From the NCBI GenBank assembly GCA_014729085.1, contig WJKM01000008.1:163-64162 (forward strand): DNA of 64,000 nucleotides, read 5' to 3'. The stretch's first letter is position 1, and every line of letters starts with the position of its first letter. A program made the translations under genes and the position numbers. Positions 1-9,209 of the stretch are shown one piece after another. The notes under the pieces are model-generated. The model did no database searches. It saw nothing but the letters and a program-made list of their open reading frames with translations, and was not told where the DNA came from. This stretch comes from Candidatus Dojkabacteria bacterium. Its GTDB lineage: Bacteria > Patescibacteriota > Dojkabacteria > B142 > WJKM01.

Positions 1-153
1 ATAATTTGATTGACTTGCTTCACTTTTATCTGGAGCTTTACTTTCTCTAATGTTGTAAAGGATTCCAAATGTCAATAAAATTGTAACAAAAAGGATTATA
101 AAGATGAATACCACTTTTTTATTACTATTTTGAACTGTGAGAGAATTTTTCAT
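1..153 (-). CDS. N-terminal fragment of a membrane-anchored secreted protein (signal-anchor, then a KSEAS motif); the 3' part lies beyond the window
   Basis: Reverse complement of 1-153 is one open frame: MKNSLTVQNSNKKVVFIFIILFVTILLTFGILYNIRESKAPDKSEASQSNY. It has a basic N-terminus, a TM helix and the same post-TM SEAS motif seen in 176..1327 and the 39922-43289 family. The ATG is at 153..151. Confidence 0.4.
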   Translation of the reverse strand, partial: MKNSLTVQNSNKKVVFIFIILFVTILLTFGILYNIRESKAPDKSEASQSNY

Positions 154-175
154 AATTTAAAATTTGAATATTTAC

Positions 176-1327
176 TTAACAACCATTTTTATATTTGTCT
201 ATAAAATTTTTAAAGTCATTTATGTCAATTATTTCATTCTCATCAGTATCTTTACTGCCACAATCTCCTATAGCTGTAGTATTACTACATGATTTCCCAT
301 ATAGTTCTTTAAAAGAGCTAAAGTCCGTAATATCTACCTGGAAATTTGAGTTTGTATCTATTGGACCACAACTGGGTTGAAGATTACTAGGTGAAGGAAT
401 GATAGTTGCTGAAATTACTTCTGTTTGTGTTAGGGTTGGAGTATTTGGTTGGGTTACAGTTGGATCTGTTGTAGTTCCAGTATATTCCATCTTTGCGATA
501 ACTGGAAAGTGGTCAGAGGATTTCATATTGTGATCAATATAGGCTTCAACCACCTTCCATTCTGAATTCTTTGAAACAAAAATATGATCAATTGTGGTTG
601 AATTTTCTCCTTTGCCACCGGATAGCTTATGCCATACCTCATCATTTACGCTATCTGTACATTGATCTGCTAATACTGGATTACATGCCTCGTAGAAATT
701 GGTTAAAAAGTTAGTGTAACATGAGGCTTTTTCGGACATATTAAAATCACCCAATAGAAATTTATTGTTGTTTTCATAATTCTTTTGAATTTTCAGTAAT
801 TCAAGATTACTTTTACATGGGTTTTTTGTGTTTGGGTGTATATTAAATAATCTTACTATATGTCCGGAAGGAAGAGTAACCTGGAAAGTCATAATTCTAC
901 GATCTTGAGCATCTGAATACGTTTGATAGTCTTCTATTGGGTAACGGCTAAAAATTGCCATATAATCTAATTCTTGTTTGGAGTTCATCTCCCACCCTTT
1001 TTCCTTTAATTGTTTTTTTAAAGTTTTATAATTATTGTTTGTATATATTTCCTGCATACAAATAAAATCTGGTTGTTTTGAGGCTATGTAATCAGTAATT
1101 TCATTCATTCTTTGTTCCAACTTTTTATAAAGTACATTGAAAGACATGAGTGTTATTTCCTCTTTTGCGAAGGAGTCTGATGCCTCACTTAATTCCGGAG
1201 CAGTTGATTGGTTTCTAATACTTTGGGAAATAAGTAAGATAATAATTAGTAAGGCTATTAATAAAAATACTATTAAAACTGAAGAACCCATTCTTTTTCT
1301 ATTATATTTATTAAAAGAGTTCATCAT
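176..1327 (-). CDS. Secreted endonuclease/exonuclease/phosphatase (EEP) family protein with a C-terminal Cys-bracketed dockerin-like double EF-hand module
   Basis: N-terminal TM anchor. The EEP hallmarks are present (ITLMSFNVL, LGDFNMSE, SDHFPVIAKMEY). The C-terminus reads CGPIDTNSNFQVDITDF...CGSKDTDENEIIDINDFKNFIDKYKNGC, i.e. two DxNxNxxxDxxD calcium loops. Confidence 0.6.
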   Translation of the reverse strand: MMNSFNKYNRKRMGSSVLIVFLLIALLIIILLISQSIRNQSTAPELSEASDSFAKEEITLMSFNVLYKKLEQRMNEITDYIASKQPDFICMQEIYTNNNYKTLKKQLKEKGWEMNSKQELDYMAIFSRYPIEDYQTYSDAQDRRIMTFQVTLPSGHIVRLFNIHPNTKNPCKSNLELLKIQKNYENNNKFLLGDFNMSEKASCYTNFLTNFYEACNPVLADQCTDSVNDEVWHKLSGGKGENSTTIDHIFVSKNSEWKVVEAYIDHNMKSSDHFPVIAKMEYTGTTTDPTVTQPNTPTLTQTEVISATIIPSPSNLQPSCGPIDTNSNFQVDITDFSSFKELYGKSCSNTTAIGDCGSKDTDENEIIDINDFKNFIDKYKNGC

Positions 1328-1788
1328 TTACTTGTACAATTATTTAGTTTATTCATTCTTATAAATTCATGTAGGTCGACTATGTTGATTCGTCCATTTG
1401 AATCAGCATCTTTGGGTCCGCAACCGTTATATTTTGGTATGTCAGAACAAGTTTTCTGATATACTTTAGTGAAATTGGTAAAATCGTCCAGATCTATTTT
1501 TTCGTTTTGATTTTCATCAATTGGGCCACAAAGTACTTTTTTTTCTATAATTTCTCCACTTTGATCTAAAATTTCACCACTTTCAGAGAGTAAGTGTTTA
1601 TTAAAAGTATTGTCTATAGAGGCTAGATTTATATTTTCTGATACTTTGATTACTTCGTCTTCAACCTGCCTATTTTTTTTCATAGTTATACTCATAACTA
1701 TTGCAGGTAAACAAATTACTAAGGTAATCAATAAGCTTAAAGCTGGTTTTTTTAATTTCTGTTTTTGATTTTTCGTGAATTTGAACAT
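1324..1788 (-). CDS. Small membrane-anchored protein made essentially of a dockerin-like double EF-hand module
   Basis: N-terminal TM, then CGPIDENQNEKIDLDDFTNF...CGPKDADSNGRINIVDLHEFI. There is a 4-nt ATGA start/stop overlap with 176..1327, suggesting translational coupling. Confidence 0.5.
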   Translation of the reverse strand: MFKFTKNQKQKLKKPALSLLITLVICLPAIVMSITMKKNRQVEDEVIKVSENINLASIDNTFNKHLLSESGEILDQSGEIIEKKVLCGPIDENQNEKIDLDDFTNFTKVYQKTCSDIPKYNGCGPKDADSNGRINIVDLHEFIRMNKLNNCTSK

Positions 1789-1818
1789 AAACTTATCGTA
1801 TTATATTAAAAGCCGTAA

Positions 1819-3057
1819 CTAATCGCATCCATGTTTATATAAATTAATAAAATTTTGGAAATCTATGATATCAATCAAACCGTTTCCATCCGAATCTTTA
1901 CTTCCGCAACCTCCGATTTGAATTGTATCAGTGCAGTTCTTTCCGTATATATTTTTAAAGGATTCAAAGTCTGTTATATCTACTTCAAAATTTGAATTTG
2001 TATCTATTGGTCCACATGTTTGCCCAATAACAGTAGGAACCGGTGAGGAAGTTTCAGTTGGATTTAAAGATGAAGTTGGTTTTATACTTGAAGTTGGATT
2101 TAAAGATGAAGTTGGTTTTGTACTTGAAGTTGGACTTTGAGTTATTGTATTAGTTGGGCTTGTTGTGATGGAGTTTATTGAAAATCTTCCAATTACTGGG
2201 TAATGGTCAGAAATTTTTTGGTTGTAATCTGTTTTTACTTCGATTACTTGTAAGTTCGTATTATGGAAAATATAATCAATTGCATATCCTCCGGAACTGG
2301 GATCCCCTACAGTTACTTCACAAGTCTTATTGCTAGATTGAGTACATGCATCTGTATAAAGTTTAGATAATTCTGGATAACAATATCTATCTTTTGTGAA
2401 GTTATAATCTCCAAGTATAAATGTATTTCGATCTTGATATTGTTTAACTACTCCCTTAAATTGATCAAAATAATCGTGATCCTTATTACAAGCTGGTACT
2501 GGGTGAGGATGATGATTAATCACCCATATATTGTTTCCTGAATTAGGGCTAATTTTGGCAGCTTGAATTACATGTTGTTCTCCACCGTAGGGAGAATCAA
2601 AAATATAGTTTTTATGATCAAGAATTGGGTATTTACTAAATATCGCATTGGATAGTGTTATTCCATCAATTTTAAGATTTTTCCTTTTTTTTACAATCAC
2701 ATACATCGGATAATTTTTTTCCTCTAATTTGGGTATTAGAAATTCATTTAAAGGTTTCCCATCTCTATCAAAAGGAAATTCTTGGAAGCCAATAATATCT
2801 ATTTCATTGTTAATAATGTAGTCGGCAAGCCCGTTAATATAGTTAGCATAATTTTTATTTTGTGTGGGATGCGAAACACGTAGATTAAATGTCATAAATG
2901 TTAGTTCATTTTCTTTGTTTTCTGAAGCTTTATCTCTAAAATCTAAGTTTTGCCTAGATATTTGATTAGCAAAGACTATGAATATTAAAAGGATTATGAA
3001 TAGGCCTAAAACTATAAATGATTTATATTTGGATTTTATACTATGAATCGTTTTCAT
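1819..3057 (-). CDS. Secreted EEP-family nuclease/phosphatase paralog with a Ser/Thr/Pro linker and C-terminal dockerin-like module
   Basis: EEP motifs are LTFMTFNL, GFQEF, LGDYNFTKD and SDHYPVIGRF. The linker is TSSLNPTSSIKPTSSLNPT. The C-terminus reads CGPIDTNSNFEVDITDFESF...CGSKDSDGNGLIDIIDFQNFINLYKHGC. Confidence 0.6.
   Translation of the reverse strand: MKTIHSIKSKYKSFIVLGLFIILLIFIVFANQISRQNLDFRDKASENKENELTFMTFNLRVSHPTQNKNYANYINGLADYIINNEIDIIGFQEFPFDRDGKPLNEFLIPKLEEKNYPMYVIVKKRKNLKIDGITLSNAIFSKYPILDHKNYIFDSPYGGEQHVIQAAKISPNSGNNIWVINHHPHPVPACNKDHDYFDQFKGVVKQYQDRNTFILGDYNFTKDRYCYPELSKLYTDACTQSSNKTCEVTVGDPSSGGYAIDYIFHNTNLQVIEVKTDYNQKISDHYPVIGRFSINSITTSPTNTITQSPTSSTKPTSSLNPTSSIKPTSSLNPTETSSPVPTVIGQTCGPIDTNSNFEVDITDFESFKNIYGKNCTDTIQIGGCGSKDSDGNGLIDIIDFQNFINLYKHGCD
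2057..2137. repeat. Near-perfect 36-bp tandem direct repeat (2.25 copies, 1 mismatch) encoding the SSLNPTSSIKPT linker of 1819..3057
   Basis: Units at 2057-2092 and 2093-2128 differ at a single base; a partial third copy runs 2129-2137. The repeat is in frame (12 aa per unit). Confidence 0.7.
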
Positions 3058-4171
3058 ATTGTAATTTAATACTATCTATGGTTTTTTGAAAGTACGTTAG
3101 GTTGTGGATACTTGCTAGCCTCCAACCAACTGCATCGTTGATTTTTATAAGGTGTCTTAGATAGGCCCGAGTAACAGTTGAGCAACATTCACATTTACAA
3201 TTTGGATCTACAGGTTTATTTGAAAACTTATATCTTTTGCCTTTAATGTTTAAAACAGAATAATTATTAAAATCCTTATTTCCATGTCCTTTAGAAACAT
3301 ATAAGTATCCATGCCGTCCATTTCTTGTTGGTAAAACGGTATCAAAAATGTCCCATCCGACTTTTGTTGAAAAGATCATGTCGTCGGGTGACCCCACTCC
3401 CATAGCATATTTTATTTTATCATCAGGGATTAAATTAGACACATATTCCAGCATTTCATGATGAAATCCGCGAGGAGCATTTGAACGCCAGTCCTTTTCT
3501 TTATGGATTGGAGGTCCACCAAAGTTATAAAGATCAAAGCCAATTGAAAGAAGTTCTTCTGCACTTTGTTTTCTGAGATCTTTGTTGTTCCCACCTTGAA
3601 TAACAGCTCCTATTAAAGGTCTTTTAATTTTAGGATTATTAAAGTCTTGCTCGGTTAAATGATGTAGTTCGAGAAACTTGTCTTTTGATCTTTTAGCCCA
3701 TTGAGTATTTCTTTTTATAGCCTGTTTGAGCTGGGAGGTGGGGGCATCATGTTGAACAGGAACGTCCAATACAGTTACGATATCTGTTCCTAAATTGAAC
3801 TGTATAATCTGAGATATTTCAGGACTTAGAAAGTGGTATTTACCATTTTCTGGGTCTATAAACGAGCAACCCGCATCAGTTATTGCATTCTTATTGCCTG
3901 GCCTTCTATAAATTAAAGAGAATACCTGGTATCCTCCGCTGTCGGAAAGAATTGGTTTATTCAATCCAAAGAAGCCATGTACTCCTCCCATCTGATCTAT
4001 GTATTCACTTCCTCTCTTTTGTTCAAGATGCAAGGTTGTAGTAACAATTTGATTGGTGCCTGTTTTTTCCAAATCATCCCATGTTAATGCTTTTATAGTT
4101 CCATAAGTCGCATCTGGAAAGAAGGCCGGTGTTTCAATTTTTCCATGATTAGTATGAATAAATTTTTTCAT
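3041..4171 (-). CDS. tgt: Queuine tRNA-ribosyltransferase (tRNA-guanine transglycosylase)
   Basis: TIM-barrel TGT-like sequence with the C-terminal zinc site CKCECC...H (CxCxxC-x-H) and a typical length of 376 aa. The 3' end overlaps the start of 1819..3057 by 17 nt. Confidence 0.85.
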   Translation of the reverse strand: MKKFIHTNHGKIETPAFFPDATYGTIKALTWDDLEKTGTNQIVTTTLHLEQKRGSEYIDQMGGVHGFFGLNKPILSDSGGYQVFSLIYRRPGNKNAITDAGCSFIDPENGKYHFLSPEISQIIQFNLGTDIVTVLDVPVQHDAPTSQLKQAIKRNTQWAKRSKDKFLELHHLTEQDFNNPKIKRPLIGAVIQGGNNKDLRKQSAEELLSIGFDLYNFGGPPIHKEKDWRSNAPRGFHHEMLEYVSNLIPDDKIKYAMGVGSPDDMIFSTKVGWDIFDTVLPTRNGRHGYLYVSKGHGNKDFNNYSVLNIKGKRYKFSNKPVDPNCKCECCSTVTRAYLRHLIKINDAVGWRLASIHNLTYFQKTIDSIKLQYENDS

Positions 4172-4300
4172 TTTACTTAATTATGATTAAATACTTTATA
4201 ATTATATATAAAATTAACTTTTGCAAATAGGATAATAAAAGTTATTCGATTTTAATATAATTGGTAATAAATAGATATTTTAAAATTTGAGAATATAAAT

Positions 4301-5143
4301 ATGTATATTACAATAGATGTTGGAGGAACAAATTCAAGAATTACCTCATTTGAGTCATTAACCAATCCTGAAATTGGAGAGATAATAAGTTTTAAAAATG
4401 AAGATAGTTATAATTCGGACATGACAAAGATTATTAAGGCAATAGAGCAAATTGGGGGTTCAGGAGTAGATAAGATTGGAATATGTGTCCCGGCAGTTAT
4501 TGATAAGAAGAAGGAAAAAATCATTTCATGCAGTAATTTGATGGATTGGATAAATAAACCTATTAGAAATGATTTAATCCAGCGTTTTAATTGTCCTGTT
4601 TTTTTAGAAAATGATGCAGTAGCATCTGCTTTAGCGGAAGCTTATTTTGGATATGGAAAAAGAAAAGATTTTATACTGGTAATTTGGGGCACTGGAATTG
4701 GAGGCACAGCTGTAAAATTTTTCAAGGGAAATCCTTTAGTTGAACCATTTGAACCCGGGCATCATATATTAGATTTCGATGGTCCTGAGTGTACATGTGG
4801 TCAAAAAGGATGTATACAACTGAGTTGTGGCGGTTCTGGAATTCAATATACTTTTAAGAAAACAGCCGAAAATTTAAATGAGAAAGAATGGACCCTTGTA
4901 CTTAGAGATTTTGCTCATTGCCTTATGAATATTATCATGATGCGTCCTACGAATTTAATTATATTAGGTGGAGGTATAGCAATTAATCAATTTTCAAGAA
5001 TAAATAAACTAAAAAAAATACTTGAGGAAAAGTTAACTGTTTATCCTGTTCCTGAAATCAAGATATCAAAGTTAAGAGAAAATTTAGGGTTATTCGGTTC
5101 ATTAGCATTGATAAATTTAAATATTGAAAAGAAACATGTTTAA
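4301..5143 (+). CDS. ROK-family sugar kinase (glucokinase-like)
   Basis: N-terminal ITIDVGGTNSRI ATP-binding motif and the ROK zinc motif GHHILDFDGPECTCGQKGCIQ. Confidence 0.75.
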   Translation: MYITIDVGGTNSRITSFESLTNPEIGEIISFKNEDSYNSDMTKIIKAIEQIGGSGVDKIGICVPAVIDKKKEKIISCSNLMDWINKPIRNDLIQRFNCPVFLENDAVASALAEAYFGYGKRKDFILVIWGTGIGGTAVKFFKGNPLVEPFEPGHHILDFDGPECTCGQKGCIQLSCGGSGIQYTFKKTAENLNEKEWTLVLRDFAHCLMNIIMMRPTNLIILGGGIAINQFSRINKLKKILEEKLTVYPVPEIKISKLRENLGLFGSLALINLNIEKKHV

Positions 5144-5615
5144 GTATTTATTAAAGTTGTTTGAGAAGAGAGATATAGGTATTGAGTTGGATAAGTCTTT
5201 AGCACGTTGGGAAGTTCAAGGAATTAAAGATTACCCTTCTCTATTTAAAAATTTAGGTCAAATAATTCCTGATGATTCTGTTTTATATTTTGAAGGAGGT
5301 TCTCCAAGTAACGATTTGCTCGAATTCCTTCAGAAGAATAAGATTACTGATGATGTTAAAATTAAATTTGGTACAATATTTCCCAGACCAACAGTTTATA
5401 AAATACCGGCAACTAATAAAAACCTTCGTACATTATCAAAAATCACCGAAGGTTATGCAGAGCCTGAGGTAGCAGTCCATTTTCACGTTTATAAAGATGA
5501 TAAGCTATTAGTTGAATGGTTTGATGCATTTTTTCAATCAATGTTATTATCTTCTATTTTTTCCGAAAAAAAAGTACAAAATTTTACAAAGAGTATAGGA
5601 GCTACATATAAATAA
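5124..5615 (+). CDS. Hypothetical protein
   Basis: 163-aa ORF with no recognisable motif. It overlaps the ROK gene end by 20 nt; an alternative start is Met5 at about 5136. Confidence 0.4.
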   Translation: MKRNMFKYLLKLFEKRDIGIELDKSLARWEVQGIKDYPSLFKNLGQIIPDDSVLYFEGGSPSNDLLEFLQKNKITDDVKIKFGTIFPRPTVYKIPATNKNLRTLSKITEGYAEPEVAVHFHVYKDDKLLVEWFDAFFQSMLLSSIFSEKKVQNFTKSIGATYK

Positions 5616-5885
5616 AATAATTGCGAGATTTGAAATCATACCAAAGAGTACAACAACTCACGTACAAGTTGGATTATTAACAGAAATTGATAAAGATAAT
5701 AACTGAAAAAAATATGATTAGTGAAAGAGTGTCGATGTCTCTTGATGATATTAAGAATTCAATTTAGGAGAATAGTTTTAAATGGTCTAAAGCACAATAC
5801 AGGTTATAGGATCTCTTCACCAAAGTTAATAGAAAGTAAAATGATGATTTTAAAATTTGTTAATTAAATTAAAAAATTATTAATA

Positions 5886-6215
5886 ATGAAGTTAACTACA
5901 GCGGGTAATATTCAGAGCTCAAATGTCAGTGAAGAAGAATTAAGAGAAGCTTTTGCAAATGATAGGGAAAGAGGAGAATTCATAATTCTGAGTCAAGGGC
6001 CTCAGCAATATATCCAAGCAGCAGGTGAAGGAAATGATCCTTATACATTAGAGTATAGAGATGGAGACCGAGAAAGGCATTTTCAATGTACCTCTCCGGT
6101 AACCAAGGATAAGGTAGAAACTGTTTTTATTCAGTATTTGAAGAGAGATGAGTCCTGGAAAACCGATTTTTCATGGGAAAAAATGGATTTTAGACCTTGG
6201 TGGAAGTTTTGGTGA
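5886..6215 (+). CDS. Hypothetical small protein
   Basis: 109-aa ORF after a 270-bp intergenic region. No motif recognised. Confidence 0.35.
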   Translation: MKLTTAGNIQSSNVSEEELREAFANDRERGEFIILSQGPQQYIQAAGEGNDPYTLEYRDGDRERHFQCTSPVTKDKVETVFIQYLKRDESWKTDFSWEKMDFRPWWKFW

Positions 6216-6220
6216 ATTAA

Positions 6221-6844
6221 TTGTTTTTATTATTTACTATGGTTTTAAGCCTTTCAGACATAAGAGCAAATCCTGAAATTTTAACATTTAAAATTAGATT
6301 AAACTCTAAAGAAAAATTAACTCTTCGACCATTGGAGAAAGATGATTGCGAGTTATTGAATAGATTTCTTGAAGGTTTATCTGAACAGACTCGTGAATTC
6401 TACATCTATCCAAGTTATGATTTTTCTATGGCTAAAGAGTTATGTGATGCAATTAATCGTTATGATAAACTACGCTTTGTTCTCAATATTCATCCAAAGG
6501 AAGAGATTATTGCTCTTTTCGAATATAGTTTTGATATTCCCGAATCCGATCGAAATCGGTTTAAAAAATATGAAATAAATCTAAGTTTAGATAGGGATTG
6601 TAGGCTTGGCCCTTGTATCTCTGATGTTTTTCAAAATCGGGGTATTGGATCAGCCATTTTTCCTTATCTTATTGAAATAGCAAAACGTTTTCAGCAGAAG
6701 AGAATAATTCTCTGGGGAGGAGTATTTAAGGAAAATAAACTTGCAATAACCTTTTATGAAAATAATGGTTTTGAACATCTTGGGGAATTTGTTAACAGTG
6801 AAAATAAAGTATGTTTAGATATGATTTACAAAATATTCAATTAA
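6221..6844 (+). CDS. GNAT-family N-acetyltransferase
   Basis: Motif A is QNRGIGSAIFPYLIEIAKRF. The motif B region is AITFYENNGFEHLG. Confidence 0.6.
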   Translation: MFLLFTMVLSLSDIRANPEILTFKIRLNSKEKLTLRPLEKDDCELLNRFLEGLSEQTREFYIYPSYDFSMAKELCDAINRYDKLRFVLNIHPKEEIIALFEYSFDIPESDRNRFKKYEINLSLDRDCRLGPCISDVFQNRGIGSAIFPYLIEIAKRFQQKRIILWGGVFKENKLAITFYENNGFEHLGEFVNSENKVCLDMIYKIFN

Positions 6845-6893
6845 TTTAGATATTATATTTCATAGACATAATTTAGCTATTAGATAGATTAAG

Positions 6894-7520
6894 ATGAAAT
6901 TTTATCTTTCGTCATACAAATTAGGAAATGAGTATAAAAAATTGCAAAAAATGATATCAAAGACCAATCAAAAGCTCGCATATATCTCAAACGCTTTAGA
7001 TTTTTCAAATGATATTAATAGAAGAAAAAAAAGTGTAGAATCGGACATAAACGATTTACAGAGATTTAATGTTTCTATTCAAAAAGTTGATCTTAGAGAA
7101 TATTTTGGTAAAAGACAAAAATTACAGGAAATAATTCGCGAATATGATTTATTGTGGGTCAGAGGTGGTAATACCTTTGTTTTAAGACAAGCTATGAAAT
7201 TAAGTGGATTTGATGAAATATTATTAGCAATGTGGAAAAATCAAGAGAAAAAAATATATGGAGGGTATAGTGCAGGAGTATGCGTTCTAACTCAAACATT
7301 ACGAGGGATCGAATTAGTGGATGATGTAAGTCAAAAACCTTATGGTACAGATGTTGAAGTTATATGGAATGGTTTGGGAATTTTAGATTATCAAGTTGCT
7401 CCTCATTATAAGTCGGATCATCCAGAAACTGAGGATGTTGATAGATTGGTGAATTATTATATTGAAAATAAGATTTTATTTAAAGCTTTAAGGGATGGGG
7501 ATGTAATAACTATTGAGTAA
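6894..7520 (+). CDS. Peptidase S51 (dipeptidase E / cyanophycinase-like) family protein
   Basis: LWVRGGNTFVLRQAM and the nucleophile motif YGGYSAGVCVL, followed by a downstream His. Confidence 0.55.
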   Translation: MKFYLSSYKLGNEYKKLQKMISKTNQKLAYISNALDFSNDINRRKKSVESDINDLQRFNVSIQKVDLREYFGKRQKLQEIIREYDLLWVRGGNTFVLRQAMKLSGFDEILLAMWKNQEKKIYGGYSAGVCVLTQTLRGIELVDDVSQKPYGTDVEVIWNGLGILDYQVAPHYKSDHPETEDVDRLVNYYIENKILFKALRDGDVITIE

Positions 7521-7524
7521 GTTT

Positions 7525-8322
7525 TCAATCAAATTCATTGTAGATTTTAATCCAGGTTTTAAATTCAACTTCAGCTGACCTGAGGTTTTCATGGAGTTTA
7601 AGATTATTAAAAATAGTTTTCCAGTTTGTATCCTTATATATTGATTTTAATGTGTTTATAAGTTTTTTCCTTGGTGTCCGAAAAGCGTTTTTTAAAAATT
7701 TGGAGAAATTAACAGGATTGTCAATTTTTTCTAGACAATGTGGTCTAATTTGGATGACGGCTCCATGAACTTTAGGTCGAGGATGGAAATATTGTTTATC
7801 CACTGTGAATTCATATGTTATGTCCGAAAAGATGTGGGCGTAATTACTTAGAAATGTAGCTTTTGGGGGTTTTGCTGTGTAAGCTTCTGCAACTTCTTTT
7901 TGAATAATGAAGATACATTTTTTTGGTTTAAAGTTAGTTTCTACAAATTTGCTTATGATAGGCTTTGAAATATTGTAAGGTAATGAACCAAATACTTTAT
8001 AGGAAGTCCCTTTGTACCGTTTAAGATCGAAATTTAAGATATCTTCATTTATTATCTCAATATTACAATTAAACTGTTCGAGAAGAGCAGGACTAAATTT
8101 GTCTTTTAAAAATGATACGAGTTCTGAGTCGATTTCTACAAGATCTACTTGTGATACATTTGGGATTATACCTTCTGTAAAACGACCGTCCCCTGGACCA
8201 ATTTCTAAAATCGTGTCCGATTCCTTCATTTCTAGTAACTCCAAAGTATCAATAATTACTTTAAAATTCTTAATAAAGTTTTGCCCAAACTTTTTTTTAA
8301 AATCATGATTTTTTTTAAGCAT
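7525..8322 (-). CDS. rsmA: 16S rRNA (adenine1518/1519-N6)-dimethyltransferase
   Basis: KKKFGQNFIKN at the N-terminus and the SAM motif ILEIGPGDGRFTEGI, with KsgA-like length. Confidence 0.85.
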   Translation of the reverse strand: MLKKNHDFKKKFGQNFIKNFKVIIDTLELLEMKESDTILEIGPGDGRFTEGIIPNVSQVDLVEIDSELVSFLKDKFSPALLEQFNCNIEIINEDILNFDLKRYKGTSYKVFGSLPYNISKPIISKFVETNFKPKKCIFIIQKEVAEAYTAKPPKATFLSNYAHIFSDITYEFTVDKQYFHPRPKVHGAVIQIRPHCLEKIDNPVNFSKFLKNAFRTPRKKLINTLKSIYKDTNWKTIFNNLKLHENLRSAEVEFKTWIKIYNEFD

Positions 8323-8334
8323 ATATTTTTTAAC

Positions 8335-9132
8335 TTATTTTACGTATCGGTCTAGAATATATTTATGGGCTTGAATTTCTTCTTTATTGTCTAAAGGTTC
8401 AAGTTTAATACTTCTATCATTATATTTTCTTACTAATGCAAGCCATATCAAATAATCTGCAAAGTGCGGATTTTTCGGAAGAAAGGAGCCGTGCATATAG
8501 CTTCCAAATACATTTCTATATCTGGCACCTTCATATTTTGCCGAATAATTATTACCAAAGCCTTTGATTGTATTTGCAAGAGGCTTAACTTTGTCACTTG
8601 TGAAATAAGTTTGTCCCCAATGATTTTCAAATCCAACTAGAGTATGTAAAATTTTTATGTCCTTAGTATAGATTTTTTTTATTTCGTTATATATATCATG
8701 GTCTAATTCAGCAATTAGATTTCCTATACATCTGTTTTTTACTTCTTTTCCAGGCGCTTTAGTTTCTATATCTATTATGCCAAGTCCTTTTGTGTTTTTG
8801 CCATCCCCCATTAAAAAAGAATGTCCTATAAGTTGATACCCTCCGCAAACACCTAGTAATACTGTATTATTTTCAATATCTTCTTGAATAGTCTTGTATT
8901 TGGTTTTATGAAAGTCGTCAACTATTAGAATTTGGTCATTATCTTGTCCTCCCCCAATGAAATATATGTCTGTTTTTGATGGTTCTATTTTATCTTCTAA
9001 ACCCAGATTATTTATTTGAAAGTCAATCCCATGCCATTCACACCTTCGTTCTAAACATATAATATTTCCGATATCACCATAGAGATTTAGGTGTTTAGGA
9101 TAGAGATGTGCGATTGTTAAATTCAAGTTCAT
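8335..9132 (-). CDS. gatD: CobB/CobQ-type glutamine amidotransferase, lipid II isoglutaminyl synthase subunit GatD
   Basis: GATase1 nucleophile motif LLGVCGGYQLIGH and catalytic His in YMHGSFLP. It lies directly downstream of the MurT-like gene. Confidence 0.7.
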   Translation of the reverse strand: MNLNLTIAHLYPKHLNLYGDIGNIICLERRCEWHGIDFQINNLGLEDKIEPSKTDIYFIGGGQDNDQILIVDDFHKTKYKTIQEDIENNTVLLGVCGGYQLIGHSFLMGDGKNTKGLGIIDIETKAPGKEVKNRCIGNLIAELDHDIYNEIKKIYTKDIKILHTLVGFENHWGQTYFTSDKVKPLANTIKGFGNNYSAKYEGARYRNVFGSYMHGSFLPKNPHFADYLIWLALVRKYNDRSIKLEPLDNKEEIQAHKYILDRYVK

Positions 9133-9209
9133 GTTTTTAGATTAAAAGACGTAAAGCTATAAATTTTAAATAATGAAGCACATATATATTTTAATTGTTG
9201 TCGGGTAAG

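Noticed and set aside
5714-5767. 17-codon mini-ORF in the 270-bp intergenic region before 5886
   Set aside because: It is too short, with no RBS or start context and no conservation evidence available.
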